Positions 32,975-45,470 of a stretch of DNA of 48,778 bases are shown in pieces. The position numbers were made by a program, and so were the translations under genes. Every line of letters starts with the position of its first letter. The stretch's first letter is position 1. Source of the stretch: Asterionella formosa (taxonomy: Eukaryota); the NCBI GenBank assembly GCA_002256025.1, contig NKIB01014000.1:1-48778 (forward strand), in the 5' to 3' direction. Below the pieces are notes generated by a model that did not search any database, was not told the DNA's origin, and saw only the letters and a list, made by a program, of their open reading frames with translations.

Positions 32975-34750
32975 GATGTCTTCAAAAAACCATAAAGAGG
33001 TTCATGGAAACAAGCGACATGTGGCAAATACTGCCGGTATGGAACAAAGAAGCAAGTACCAAAATGAGTTAACACAGAAGAAGCGAATAGGCGATTATCC
33101 AAAGGAACCCAATCGGCGACAGGGAGTTAGTGGGGGTACTACCCCATTGTCGATGGGGACACCATCAGCTACTAGTACACAGGATCCCGTAATTGATACT
33201 GAAAGAGATGATGACGTTTCGTTTTCAGTTGTTGATACAAGAAAAATGGCTCCTGTCGATGATACCATTAATAACTCCCGGATGCAGATGGACGACATGG
33301 TACCATATCATAATTTTTCTAATCGCACGGACCAACAAGTTCATGACAAACTGAGAGAAAAACATTTTGCGCTTGCCAAAGGATATTATCAATTGGTCAA
33401 TGAACTCAATCACTAAAAAGGTCGTAATTCGGATCAAAACTTGCTTGTCCATACGAGGTTATCAAGAATCTTCAATTTCAGCAGCCTTATCAGAACATCG
33501 TTCCTGCTTAGCTAATATTGAACCGTCAATTGTAACAAAGATTGTGAGTTTTAATTTCAAGACCAAGAAGTTTTGCTGTGAACATATAAGTTTGAGGTTA
33601 TAGTTTGCGAATTATAGGTACTGTAAAAAAGAATATCAATCTAATGTGCTTTTTTCTGGTCCCAAAAGAGAATCAAACATCCCGTCCTGCCTATCTGGTC
33701 CAAGTAGTATGAAAGGCATTTCCAATCACAAACAGGATTGGTTTGCCCAATGTTGACCTGCCTAACTGGGCTATACAAAGTGAAACCGGAGTTAGGCAAA
33801 GAAGTTGATAGTGACCCAGAGCTTGCCGATTTCATATGGAATGGTTCTGATGCACTACTTCCGATGAATCAGACCATTGAACGTACCAACAAGTCACGCA
33901 CGTTTAGATTATATTAAATCAACATTTGGTGGCATTTGCATTAAAAAGCTGAGAGAATGTCAGAATGTATTGAATAATCAAATTAAAGGAATCATAGGTA
34001 AGTTCTTGCAGGGAGATGCTCTGAAAGCATGATGTTTTGAGTCGGTGATTATATTCTTATCAAATATGTTTGAATTTAAAATGCTAACATAATTCATGAC
34101 ACACCAGCTGGTCTAACAGAATATAACTTCCAGACTATGGATATTGATGACTTTATTAGGTGGGCGTTCATGCTTTATCGTTTTGCGAAGTCAAAGGACA
34201 TTGACAGGGGAAGCCAAGGATACCAAGTCTGGCGTGATGTTCTTGCTCCAGTGTATGTTATAGGCAGGACAAGCCGTGGAGAACCATTTTTAACAGGAGA
34301 CAAATCTGGTGTGACCAAATTTCAACTAAGTCTTTGGGCACAATGTGAATTGCAATCACGTTTTGTTGGATTGCTGATCAATTCCAGTACAGAAGCCTTT
34401 TGCTTCTTGGTGCTGAAAGGAAAATTCCGATTGCTACAAAAATATTCAGGTTTCAATCCAGATACCCAGCATGAAATTACAGAGAACGATGTTTGTCATG
34501 CATTCTACTGATTTTGTCGACATTGGTGGGAAACCACTTATCAAAAAAAGTGTGATGGAAGAAAGTTCAGTTTCAAATGTTGTCTCACTGATCAATGGAC
34601 TGATGATTTACTCGGTTGTTATAAGGAAATCTACACTGGACTTTCACAAAGAATCGATCTGAATATGGAAGGAATCCTAGTGGAATTGCTACTTCCATAA
34701 CAAACATCATCTACCCACACTCACACTTCTCATTTCCCAATGTAAGTGAA
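32975..34750 (+). pseudogene. Fragmented, probably intron-containing gene of unknown function (possibly transposon-associated)
   Basis: Coding-like pieces on the same strand (32975-33416, ~33700-33900, 34137-34700) broken by stops and frameshifts. Contains 'INSSTEAFCFLVL' followed by 'YTD..GG' and 'QWTDD'. Confidence 0.35.
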
Positions 34751-35157
34751 GAGGATATGCATCAATATGTTGAACCACTTCAACCAAATGTTCCTGAGAA
34801 GAATATTGATTACAATGAACGCATTAATCAATGGGACATTGATGACAACGTTGATTTTGAATGGATCTAATAGAATCCAATGCATGCTTAGTAGTTACAT
34901 AATATATATAGTTAGTGTGAGACTTCGACAATGCACAAACCATATCATAGATGTTAGGAAAACATTGATGTTGCTCTATACTACTAGTAGTGGCAACTGT
35001 ACTGTATGTAGCGGTATACCTCCACTTTTACTACTATGGTGGAGTGATAATTTCACGACTCTGTATTGTCCAGCACAGCATGATTGGAGTGATGCTAAAT
35101 TTATTATTATTAATTTATTTTCATTCTATCCTGTTCATATCCTGACTTTGTCATCAT

Positions 35158-35565
35158 TTGAAATTTGCGTGTTATCTGTGTAACTACAAATTTCGGAAGA
35201 ACAAATCACCATCTGAGTCTCACAATCGAAATTGTAGCAACCGTGTTTTCTATGCATATGGTCACTGTTGGCATTGCATGCAAGAACATCGAGTTCCTGG
35301 AATACATAATGAAACTATGTATTGCAGTAGTGCATCGAATCATTTAAGGAAAGAAGTTAATGGCAGTGTAACTGCTGCAGCATTTAGGGAGAGTAGACAA
35401 CAAGAAGAGATTATGTGTCCTTTCTTTGAATCAAGTGGCCACAATCATCCATTTCATGACGACAGTGACGATTCAGTTTATAACAATATTCAGTCACAAC
35501 AAGACAAACAATTGAGACTAAACACTCTCCAAGGATTGAATTCAGAGACCATAACAGGAAGTTAA
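35158..35565 (+). other. Cys/His-rich ORF fragment (possible zinc-binding domain exon)
   Basis: CYLC...CWHC...MYC...CPFF...HNHP spacing. No ATG start and the context is unclear. Confidence 0.3.
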
Positions 35566-35728
35566 CTAACTACTAGCGCTAGCTTCCAATGCGGGTTTAA
35601 CTGGGAGTTTAATTTTTTACGACTACGTTCCCAGTATCATAGTACTGGTATTAGACCAGTTGGCAATTTTAGTATATTGAGCGCAACATACAATTATCAC
35701 CAAGGAAACTCAAATGACAATCCATCAA

Positions 35729-37615
35729 CTATAGTATCTGTGATGTCTCATCGGGCTCATTAAATGCTAATTTGACTCCAATGTAAAGTAGAAACAGTAG
35801 GATGCACCCGACCATTAATGACAAGGGCAGTCCATCATCATTCTTAATAATTTCAGCGTACCCCAATTCGCCACCAGCCTCCTTGAGCTTTTGATACTTT
35901 TGCCGTTTTCTCAAATGTTCTGGATCTGTCTTGTCGAAGATGCTACATATGAATTTTCCGGATGTTTCCATGGTCATTCCAATATCAACCGTTCGTTTTC
36001 CATGGTCCAATTGATTACATTCCTTTTCAGTCAATCGCCTCAATAAGAACGTAAACTCTCCCACCAATTCAAATGTATCTCCACCAATGTCTTCCACCGC
36101 CACCACTGTGACACCCGCCTGTTTCGCATCTGCCAATTCAAATGTTGCGTATCCCATGGCAGGAAGTGGCATATCTTTTTGAAGAATAGGAACAAATGAA
36201 TTATTGCCACTTTTGACACCAATAGTATGTGGCAATGCATCGAGCATCATACATGATTGAATTTCCGATATTGGTACCAATTGACTAAGAATGGCTGCTT
36301 GAATGGCCGCCCCTTGAGCTACAGCCGTATCCGGCGACAGAGATGTGCACAATTCACACCAAGGTACCAAATCTTGTACCATCTTCCGTACTGCAGGGAC
36401 TCGAGTGGCTCCACCAACTAATACCACATCATCCATATGAGATTCCCCACTCTCTTGTAAGGCTCGAAGAATCAAACGACGACATTGTTGAATCCATGGA
36501 GAAATGGCAATATTCATTTCATCTTGATCCAAAACAATCGATTGTGTAGTATCGAACTTGATTCTAACCGAGGATACAGCTGGTTTCTCATCTGTTCCAC
36601 ACAAATCTTCCTTGGCCATTCGACAATCGGATAATAATATTCTAGTTTGTTCTCTTGACAATTCTTTTGTTGTCAATCCCAGTTTCTTCGTAACAACATC
36701 AAGTATGGCAACATCCATATCATCACCCCCCAATTGCCGATCGCCCAATGTTGCAATCACAGTCCATTCTTTGGTCGGTTCCAATTGACTTATAGTAATA
36801 TCGGTAGTCCCACCTCCCATATCTAAAACCATAATAATTCTTCGTGTTGCTACACTGACAAACAATCCATAGGCCATGCTAGCTGCCGTCGACTCCATAA
36901 TGGTATAAATGCTCCCAGTAAAGTGTGCCAATCGACACGCCTCGACCATCCATTGTCGCTGTCGCGAGGAAAAGAAAGCAGGTACACCAATGACAGCATT
37001 AGAAACATTGGACGATTGGCCCGGAACAATCATATGTTTTTTCTTCATGTTTTTGGCCAAATATGTTTCAGCTTGACCTTTAATTTCCGACAAGAGCAGT
37101 GCAATAATTTGTACTGGTGTCACTTGAATAGGTGTGTTTGAATCCAAGGGCTGTAGATGAATCCAAACTTGATTGGATGCGGAAATTGTTATTTCCATGG
37201 GTAAGGACTGCAACAAGGGATCCTGTGGGTCCTTGAGACCAAGCAACCTCTTGACACTTGTGACTGTGGCTTTGGCTGTGTCTTGTTGTTTTTGTTGTAC
37301 AGCAATGGCAGTTTGACCAATCCATGAGTGAACATTTGGAATGATAGTAGTGTGGGTAGCACTCTTGCTGTCATTGAACAGTACAACGACACTTGGAAGG
37401 ATTCGACCAACTTTGCCTTTGCGTGGTGTTGCAGCAAGTCCCAATTGCAACACCTTGGGACGACCTCGTGTTGAATCCCAAACAGATGCGGCACAATTAC
37501 ATGTTCCCAAGTCAATCCCAATCCATGCACCAGGTTCTGGAGTATTGTTGACGTTGGTAGTAGCAGTAGTAGTAGTAGTACTAACAGGATTGGTGAGGGT
37601 GATGGAAGGCAACAT
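35729..37615 (-). CDS. Atypical Hsp70-family protein with shortened substrate-binding region and C-terminal transmembrane helix
   Basis: NBD motifs IGIDLGT, VKRLLG, VPAFF, MESTAASMAYG, VLDMGGGTTDI, LGGDDMD and VVLVGGATRVP, plus linker MMLDALPHTIG. No EEVD or KDEL. Ends LPLSLMVGCILLFLLYIGVKLAF plus 10 aa. Confidence 0.88.
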   Translation of the reverse strand: MLPSITLTNPVSTTTTTATTNVNNTPEPGAWIGIDLGTCNCAASVWDSTRGRPKVLQLGLAATPRKGKVGRILPSVVVLFNDSKSATHTTIIPNVHSWIGQTAIAVQQKQQDTAKATVTSVKRLLGLKDPQDPLLQSLPMEITISASNQVWIHLQPLDSNTPIQVTPVQIIALLLSEIKGQAETYLAKNMKKKHMIVPGQSSNVSNAVIGVPAFFSSRQRQWMVEACRLAHFTGSIYTIMESTAASMAYGLFVSVATRRIIMVLDMGGGTTDITISQLEPTKEWTVIATLGDRQLGGDDMDVAILDVVTKKLGLTTKELSREQTRILLSDCRMAKEDLCGTDEKPAVSSVRIKFDTTQSIVLDQDEMNIAISPWIQQCRRLILRALQESGESHMDDVVLVGGATRVPAVRKMVQDLVPWCELCTSLSPDTAVAQGAAIQAAILSQLVPISEIQSCMMLDALPHTIGVKSGNNSFVPILQKDMPLPAMGYATFELADAKQAGVTVVAVEDIGGDTFELVGEFTFLLRRLTEKECNQLDHGKRTVDIGMTMETSGKFICSIFDKTDPEHLRKRQKYQKLKEAGGELGYAEIIKNDDGLPLSLMVGCILLFLLYIGVKLAFNEPDETSQIL

Positions 37616-38018
37616 GTTGTTGCGTAGGATAATTGATTTTATTTTAAAAAATGTTTAGAATATACATTGACGTCCATGCCGCCCACAAAGGTATCAGGCA
37701 CCCAAGTGGCCTCGGATTGTAGTCCGGTTGTTATGACTCTCCGTCGAATGAGTCGACTTTGGGTGTTTCAATCTCTTCAGTTCTACCGCACAAAGTACCT
37801 GGTACCCTGGTCCCCACGAATTCTGTGTACCAGCAAGTTGCGGTAAAATTGCCGAAATGACGATTTGGACATCTCGGATACGCACGCACTAAAACATATT
37901 ATCTGGCTAGCTCGGATAACGGTTATTTTTCATTCATGCCATGATCGTTTTGAATACTATTATGCTAGAATTCGATTTGGCAGGAACTATTTCAGGGTCA
38001 AACTCATTCCCCCAATCC

Positions 38019-38071
38019 AAAACCCCCCAATTGAAAACCACCCACCCAATCCAAAAGAATTGGGGGGTTTT
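38019..38071. repeat. Perfect 14-bp inverted repeat (hairpin, 25-nt loop)
   Basis: AAAACCCCCCAATT (38019-38032) and AATTGGGGGGTTTT (38058-38071). Confidence 0.9.
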
Positions 38072-38799
38072 ACTGATGAGTTAGATTCCGTCGGGGTCAG
38101 ATGCCGGCACAGGAGAGGGATCAAAGATTGAACATGAATGTTGACCCCCGCCAATGAGTGCACACGTACGGGAATACATATAGCGGTACATTCACATACT
38201 GGTGGTATATGTATACCCGTAATATATATGCTCTGTGCCTATATATAATTATGATAGAATCGATGATGCAATGATTTAATATAAATCTAACCAAAACGTT
38301 CTCCATGATGTCCAAATCACCACATCACATCATCCATGAATGATGATGATCATGTCCATACTGTATCCATCAAACCCACCAACATCATCACCATGTAATA
38401 TAGTAAAATTTGCTAGGAAATAACATGCACAGATTTGCATGTTATATCTTTGATAACATATTATTAGTATCATATTATCATTATTTATATATGTATGTAT
38501 ATGTATATCAAGCATCATCATATCCAACTACACATACCTTAGGCTGTGCACTGAACATGTCTTCCCCAATAGCTTGTGTCCCCATGATTCAGAGTCAATT
38601 AAAGTATATTGTGCTTGCAACCCCTGTACTGGAGTCCCTGCAGCATTTACCAATAGCAACATTATGAGTAGTTATTGATGGGATCATTTTCCTCCTTCAA
38701 CACAACTGTTTCATAGCCAATCATTTGCCATAAAAATGATAGGATTCCATTCATAATAGTACTATAGAAACAATTTGTTATCCACTTATTGATGAAATG

Positions 38800-40040
38800 G
38801 TGGACATACCATCTTCAAAATTGAGGTACCATCACCAATCACACAACCAAATGTACCAGATGCTAATCTGATCACAGAAATTGCTTTCTTTTCAGCAGCA
38901 AATTCCAATATTAGATTCACAACACGCCTAAAGACAACATAGTTCTAGAGAGCTTCTGCCATCTGTGAATAAAATTTCCGTTAGATCTAACATTTCACTC
39001 AGCATGTGTTTGAAAATTTATTGATAATACACATAAGAGCATATTGTCTAACGGATCTGTTGATGCATTCCAGAGGCCAAACAGGATACCCGAAACCAAA
39101 TACACCGCATTTTCTATAAATTGGAGCCAGCGTGCTTATAGGCAACACAAGAATGTAGCGCAACTTCTCATAGAGTGAGAGTTGCGATTCAACAAAAAAA
39201 TGAACAAGAAATTTTTCTCCAAGAAACATAGTATGATATTTTCCTACTCAAATATTCATTGGGAGGCATTTTCTCATGCGTTTAAAGCCAAATCGGCAAC
39301 TGAAAGAGTGATGATTACAAAGTTCATTCATGGATGGTTACTGACGGGTTACAGGAGAGCTCTCATATCAAACAGGAGTACATCCTGTCCTCATTTCAAG
39401 GAGTTTGAAGCCACAGAGCATATCCTCACCTGTAATAATTCAAAAATGAAATACAATAGTGGTCTCTGAATGACTTTTTTGAGTCTCATCTTGGAAAAGT
39501 GCCATGTGGACACCATATCACCCATTTCTTCATGGCTTACATAAATCATTTGTTAAACAACCAGTCGGCTGTAGTCACTATTCACTCTCAAAACAATACA
39601 TCAGTTATTACCAAGGAAGCTATCATAAAGGTGGTGTCCCGCCCATCAACAGCAAATCGGCAAGGTTTTGACTCTCAGAGGATACCTGACAACGACATGG
39701 AGTGAGGCAATGCTCACAGATCCTGATCAAACACATCACATCGTCTCAGGTGCAGAAATGGACAAGGGTGGCAATCTCACAACTATGGGGGTTGGCATCA
39801 AAAGCATGGGAGGAACAGGATCATGCCCTACACAAAGCAACAAACGCGGCCATAGCTCAATCGGAAAATGACGTAAAAATCCAAGAATACTATTGCAACC
39901 AGCGCACTATAAGTACCAGGGATGTCCACCTGTTTTCTCAACCCCTCCTAGATTTGCTTCAGGCCCGCTAGGGCACCAAACAAAGTTTTTTGAAAAAGGC
40001 AGCCTTCATATTTGAGGATTCTGCTAGGATGGAAAAAAAG
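38800..40040 (+). mobile_element. Degenerate non-LTR retrotransposon (LINE) ORF2 3' region (RNase H remnant and C-terminal zinc-finger region)
   Basis: Fragments PDANLITEI, 'NIHWEAFSHAFK..ITKFIHGWLLTG..SCPH..EATEHILTC', 'LRGYLTTTW' and 'WTRVAISQLW..AWEEQDHALH' follow the layout of the ORF2 C-terminus of RNase H-containing LINEs. Many stops and frameshifts. Confidence 0.65.
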
Positions 40041-40784
40041 TGGTCAAAGGTATCTGAATCAGGTTTACAGCACTATACCACGAGAATCAAGGGTCCATTG
40101 TCCACACCCTCATATGGGGTAGTCCACTTCATCTCAATCTCAAACAAAGCTTGCAACTTTCTTGACCTGTTGAAAAAGTAGGTTTTTAAATCTTCCAAAT
40201 CTTTTGTAATGAATAATTGCTTTGGGGGGACATAGGTTCCTCAAACTAAATGAAATTGTATTCTTTTCAAAATCCCTTTTGTCATGCAATAAATTTCGAA
40301 GTAGCCTCTGGGGAGCATTTATTGTTGGCATGGGTACAAACTTCATTTGCGGCCTAGTCACATCTCGGTTAACCTTATCATGGTCATATAAAATCTGAAG
40401 AGAGTTGCAGACTTCGTCATAATCCTCTTTACAACATCTAATCAAGATGACAAAGACTGACCCATCTCCCAAAGCCCCATGAGTTTTAGACCAGCTGATT
40501 TAATCCTAACCGGCCTCTCCTTAATATGAGCCTCTAATTTGGTTTCAATGTGAGTAGCCAAAAAATTTCTTCTTGTTCTAACTAACCATGTAGAGCTCCG
40601 GCGATTACTGTGTGTAATAATCCAAAACCGATTCTTGCACATGGAGGGTAGTATATTTCAAAAGCAACTTTTGAATAATGGATGTTGTCAATTTTGGTCG
40701 ACTGTTCCACCTATTTTATCTTGATTACCCAAAAGAAATTCTCACCGGAAACATTTCCCTTCTTGATAGTATATATCTCCTTAT
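40040..40784 (-). pseudogene. Decayed coding sequence split by the Copia insertion (continues 45471-~46150); possibly LINE ORF1-like
   Basis: Minus-strand coding-like fragments at 40140-40472 and 40442-40642. The CTTAT TSD shows that the sequence left of 40785 and right of 45470 was contiguous before insertion. The product identity is a guess. Confidence 0.35.
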
Positions 40785-41061
40785 TGTTGAAATTGCGTCC
40801 CGAAGTTCTCTATTGCTTTCTTGTTTCCTGTAAGGACACGTCAGGGACCAAATAGGCTGTAGATATGAACAATGATGTTACCGTAATCGATTGTAATCAT
40901 TCCTAAGAGTTTTAATAGAATTATGGGTTTTACTGGCGATGTAGATTGTTTTCGAATTCTGAGTTTTCTCTGGTACCATACTCTTTTTTGATTCATTCGA
41001 TTCAATATGTAGTAGGTAATTCATACCAGGATTTTTCTTTCCTAAAATAATTTCTCCAACA
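40785..41061 (-). repeat. 3' LTR of Copia (277 bp)
   Basis: TGTTGGAGAAATT...TTTCAACA on the minus strand; about 11 mismatches against 45194-45470. Confidence 0.95.
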
Positions 41062-44000
41062 CACTCCTGCTGGACACGGATGCTCACTGTGAATTCATAA
41101 TTCGCTCACGAAAATGAATAAATTTCGTTCCAACCAGTGGTTTTGTCATGTAGTCTGCAATCATTGCATTTTCCATTGGAAAGTACTTATTTTTGTACTT
41201 CCTTTCTTTCAATAAGGTCAGTAATGTAAAAATACTTGATGTTGAAATGTCGTGTGCGTTTTCCTGAACTTGCTTTTCCATTTGCTTCTAGCTTCATTGC
41301 GCTAGTGTTGTCACGGTAAATGACATTCGTAGTCACCTTGTGTCCTTGTGCTTCAATAAATAATTTCATCCACAACACCTTTGATATATTGTCATCGACA
41401 CCAACCAATTCTACTTCAGTAGAACTTCTAGTGTTCACTTTCTGTTTCGTAGACATAGAACAAATAATTCCGTTTCCGAGTGACAATGTACCTCGTCCTG
41501 TGTGACTTTTAAAATCTTTGTGTACTGCAAACGCCGCATCAACGTTCCATTTAGTAATACTCTGAGTGTCATCAGAAATCATAGATGCAACCTCATTTTG
41601 AGTTGCTTTCAAGAAATTTATGATCTTGACTAATTTTGCCCAATCGCCTTTGTTTGGTTCGGTAGTTCGGGTTGCCAGAAATGCAATTCCTGGTTGAATG
41701 TCCTGTCCTCCTCACTTCCAAAGGAACATTCGCGTCGCTTTTCGAGCTCAGTTAGGTCTTCAACCCTAATCGGTTCAAATACAACTCTATCATGTAGTTG
41801 TTTCATTTACTTATACGCAGAATCCCTGCCTTTCTGGCCTAATTTCTTGAGGCCTTTTCTTAAGCTGTATGACTGAACAAGTGAAATGCATCTTTATCGA
41901 TTGACAACTCATTTATATGACACATTGTCATTGCGATCACTTTCGCATTATTAGTTGTTTATTCTTCTTGAAAGTGTGCTTGGGTATGCAAATGATGTCG
42001 GACCATAGTTAGTTTTGATGGTGGTCTTGAGACTCTTCCAGACCTTGTAGTTCTAACATTTGGGTCTGTGTCATCCACAGTGCTTGGATTGACTTCTTCT
42101 TCTAACATTTCCTCTTCATTCTCAGTTTCATTTACTGGTTCTTCATCCTCATCTTGGATTTCATCTGCATTCATTTCAACGTTTTTTTCATTGTTGCCCT
42201 CAGGTTCAGGGTCATCCTCTTGGATATTGTTTAATTCAAGCTGTTCTGCTTCATATATTTCATCCAGAGTCATTTCATCATTGTCTTCTCCGAGAATTTC
42301 ATCATTGCTTTCATCGTCACTAGCTTATTGATCTTCACAATCTTCATCTTGTGCATGTTCAAATGCTACATTATCATAATCCACTCCTGCAATCCAAGCA
42401 CTATCATAAAATAGTTTTCCCGTTCGATTAGATATCTTGAGACCATCTGGCATATTTTCCTGCAAAGCAAGGGCGTGTACTTGATTTATGAATGCTGGGG
42501 TAAGTGGTAGAGGAGTAACTGTTTGTTTAGTGATCAATGAATTTGTAGGTAGGTTTAATAATTCATGACCTCCTTGCACGTTGTCATTGACTGCGTGGTG
42601 CATTAGTGCTTGAAAACACTGGTTCTTCATGTGCTTGGACATAAGTGCCAAATGTATACTGGCAATGTCGAGCATATTCCAGGTTTCGTTGATGTAAAAT
42701 CATACGAGGACTGTACTATGGTGATATCCCATTCTTTGCCGGAAAGAAATTCAGTTTCTTTGCAGACATCATCAGTCATGGCAAATGTAATCGATGATAA
42801 GCTGCGCATACGCGTTCTTTAATCACTCGATTATTTCGTTCCGCTTCAGGAACATGTTCTTGTGGATTTGCGTAATTCATAGTGACTTGAAATTCATTGG
42901 AAAGTGGTTCCATTAAAGGTCAAAACTTGTTGTCACAGTGGATTGTTGTAATTTTAAATCCTCCGGTTATAAACACGAAATACCTGGGTCAATGCGTCTC
43001 GATAGACATCATCTGTCTGATTCTTGACCCATTGCGCTGTCCTTTACATAATGTTTCGAGAAATTGTTGTGAGAAATGATTGTCTATTCACTTTCATTCC
43101 ATCCATGCAAAGATTCACTTCGCGTTGGGCTTTGATAAGCTCTTTAGGAATCTTGATGTAGTCATTCAAGACTGGCAGCAGCTTGCGACAAGTTGTCTTG
43201 CCTCTGAGTGTTCCGACATCAGGTCCGAAAATTTTCTCGGCAATCTTGATATTGTCAGTAGTCACTGGATTGTTGTGAGTCGTATTCATACAAATTATTG
43301 CCTTGAAATCGTTAATCGATGGTGTGCCCAAGGCATGATATAGATCACGAGCTCGCTTGGCACTTTCAAATTGACGTTCAGTGTAGAATGTTTTGTTTTT
43401 GTCAACTGTATTTAACATTGAAGCATTTTCTTTATTCTCAGTCTTAATAGATGTAGGAGGCTTGAATACATACAGATTCATTCCGATTCTTTCAAATCGA
43501 ACTGGTTTGTCAGGCAAATGAACAATACATGCATCTTCTTTTTCAGAGTCATAGGCAATCCTGTACCTATCTGCCATTTCGGCATAACTGAAGATGTTGG
43601 TGATTGACATCTCATTAAACCATACTTCTCCCCATTTTGAAAGATCAGCCTTCATATTAGTGACCATGGATCCACCATTTGTGGCCAGGTGCATGCTTCC
43701 GTTGGTAGACATTCGAATGTTTCAACCATTTTTGGGTTGTAAAAGACTGTGACACTTGACTGATTATCCAGTAGTATCCAGTCACGCATGTTGGATGTTT
43801 GATAGAATTGGAAATTAACATGAGCTCCAGCCCATCCATTTTGATTGAGGTTTGAAGCTTGTGATGATGGTGGGTTGTTGGAGGAAGTAACAGAGGTAAC
43901 CGCACTCATGTCTGAAATAGTAGCCTTTGCCTGTGCATGGCTTTGTTGGGCCTTGTTGATTGCCCATTCCTCTTTGGGTTTATTCTTTTCACGACATGAT

Positions 44001-45193
44001 GGTGATTTATGTCCCAGCTTTTCCACAGCAGTAACACGATAAGTTCACATCTTCATCTTCCTTCCCTGCATCCTTTTGTTCCTTGTCTTTATTATGATCT
44101 CCTGGTTTCTTGTGACTGTTGGGTTTATTTGCTACGTCAAACCTATGGTTACTTAGAACATTATTTGATTTGGTGATACTCTTCAAGTATTGATCATTGG
44201 CGAGTGACTGTTTAGTGTTCAGCCCGGTCATAATTGATCCATATTTGGCCTTATCTGCATTATCAAGGTATAAATAGACCAGAAATTAACTGAAAGCTTG
44301 TTCGCGAAATTTATCTCATAGCTTGATGTCTGTCTTGTTGTACCCATCCATGCCTTCAATGAACTTGGTGAGGATTATGGGTCCTCCAATGTGTGACTTG
44401 AGCACATCTCATGCCACATGAAATCTCTTGGTGTAGTCTTGTAGACTTTCTCCTTCTTTTTGCTTTGTATTGAATAGCATTCTCATCGCATCTAAAATGA
44501 TTGACATTGAATATCGATTTTCTTGAAAATTTAGTGCGTGTTCTTTAATTGCCATAAGCAATGTTATTGGGTTTTTTTTGATCCTGTTGTAATTGGATCT
44601 CGCTTTGATCTTGTTCTTTGTGGCTTGTTTGTTGCATCTTCTTTTACCAGAGCAACGCAGATGCCTTGGTATTATTATTTTCATAGGTCTGTACCCTCTT
44701 GCTATACGCATCGTAATCGGACTTAAACTTGATCTCAAATTGCCAATTCTCTGCAGGGCAATCTTCTTCTGTTGTTGCTGAGCTAAGCTGCATTCTTGGC
44801 TTCCATGCCAATGTGCTCATTGGTTCTAATAACTGGAGCGCAGTTCCTGTGTTGTTGCCATAGTCGAACACTTTCTTGATGTAGTTGATGAGGTACTCAG
44901 TAGTAGTCTCATATTTAGATGCCTGCTTTGCCGATCCAAGGTAGTAGTTATAGTCATTAACTGACTTCTTGATGGTGTGAGAAGCATTATTGCTTCCTCC
45001 CTTGGCTTGAAACTTGCCCTTGGACTGAGCATTCTTGGAAAACTTTCCTTTGCTACTCATGATGTGCCTTGTGCGACTTCTTCAGACTCTTGATGATCTG
45101 GTACCCTCAAATCTTGTCTCCGGACTCTCAACGGTCCGCCTGTTGTTGATTGTGATCTTACGGCGCTTCCTGGCCGGCTAATTCTATTAAAAC

Positions 45194-45470
45194 TGTTGAA
45201 ATTGCATCCCGAAGCTCTCTATTGCTCTCTTGTATCCTGTAAGAACACGTCAGGGACCAAATAGGCTGTAGATATGAACAATGATGTTACAGCAACCGAT
45301 TGTAATCATTCCTAAGAGTTTTAATAGAATTATGGGTTTTACTGGCGATGTAGATTGTTTTCGAATTCTGAGTTTTCTCTGGTACCATACTCTTTTTTTA
45401 TTCATTTGATTCAATATGTAGTAGGTAATTCATACCAGGATTTTTCTTTCCTAAAATAATTTCTCCGACA
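45194..45470 (-). repeat. 5' LTR of Copia (277 bp)
   Basis: TGTCGGAGAAATT...TTTCAACA on the minus strand; direct repeat of 40785-41061. Confidence 0.95.

Larger units (their letters stand above)
40785..45470 (-). mobile_element. Ty1/Copia (CoDi-type) LTR retrotransposon, internally deleted and non-autonomous, 4686 bp, TSD CTTAT
   Basis: Two 277-bp LTRs (TGT..ACA) with CTTAT on both flanks (40780-40784, 45471-45475) and PPT-like CAGCAGGAGTG before the 3' LTR. Order: gag, CYCCGKAGHKSPSC knuckle (frameshifted), WILLDNQS protease, ARDLYHALGTPS pre-integrase, integrase fragments, RNase H (VDAAFAVH..SHTG, RSSTEVEL, ADYMTKPL). Most of RT is absent. Confidence 0.95.

Noticed and set aside
38155..38172. 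CACGTACGGG as a CMC/CACTA-type terminal inverted repeat
   Set aside because: No matching opposite terminus or TSD was found in the window.
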